64,000 bases of DNA from contig CM052837.1 in NCBI GenBank assembly GCA_028534125.1, positions 30,380,001 through 30,444,000 on the forward strand, read 5' to 3'. Shown here in pieces: positions 63,671 to 64,000 of this stretch. The notes under the pieces were generated by a model. The model worked only from the letters and a program-made list of their open reading frames with translations, was not told the origin of the DNA and did no database searches. Numbering within the stretch: the stretch's first letter is position 1; each line of letters opens with the position of its first letter. Origin of the DNA: Lama glama. Lineage: Eukaryota. The position numbers and the translations under genes are program-made.

Positions 63671-64000
63671 TTCACCGACGTGTACACATGTGAGCCACCA
63701 GATTCTCAGGGAGAGGGAAACACATTGTGCAACGCACACTTGAAGATGGGAGACTGATGAGTTAAAGCTATCAGAAACCTGTGCCCAAGGCCATAAAGGG
63801 TCACCCATGCAGAATCCACAGAGGCATGAGGGGCCTCCAGAGGCAACTTCCTTCACCTTTAAGCATCCGGGAAAGCAAGGAAGGTCGGAAGCACAGTCTC
63901 CTGAGACAGGTACAGCTGGGGCAGAGGCCCCTCTGGTCTGAAGGAAGGGGTGGGCCACATTTGACAGTCTGAACTCAGTTTACCACAGTGGCCATTTTAA

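Overview
Mammalian genomic DNA, most likely a camelid (Camelus/Vicugna), judged from three Vic-1-type tRNA-derived SINEs and cetartiodactyl-type L1 3' ends. It has two N gaps. The only protein-coding gene is the 3' part of ZFP64 on the minus strand: four phase-1 exons (61038-60889, 60651-60589, 53135-52884, 49881-49172) encoding ten C2H2 fingers. These match the distal, internally duplicated exon cassette used by the alternative long-range isoform of human ZFP64 (recognised from memory). The first ~48 kb is gene-poor sequence downstream of ZFP64; by human 20q13.2 synteny it lies toward the SALL4 5' end. It holds ancient repeats (MIR, L2, MLT1, MER DNA transposons, L1), several repeat-free homeobox-motif-rich blocks that look like conserved enhancers, and a full-length TMSB4X processed copy inserted into an MLT1 LTR. 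I see no evidence for a wholly new biological system. The most interesting signals are: (1) a decayed copy of the paralogous ZFP64 C-terminal tail hidden in the 3' UTR; (2) the fully phase-symmetric duplicated finger cassette; (3) the frame-intact TMSB4X retrocopy with an ACG start and a triplicated target site; (4) a probable L1 3' transduction; (5) a MER20 copy carrying a CTCF core. Repeat family names and boundaries are by eye and approximate.
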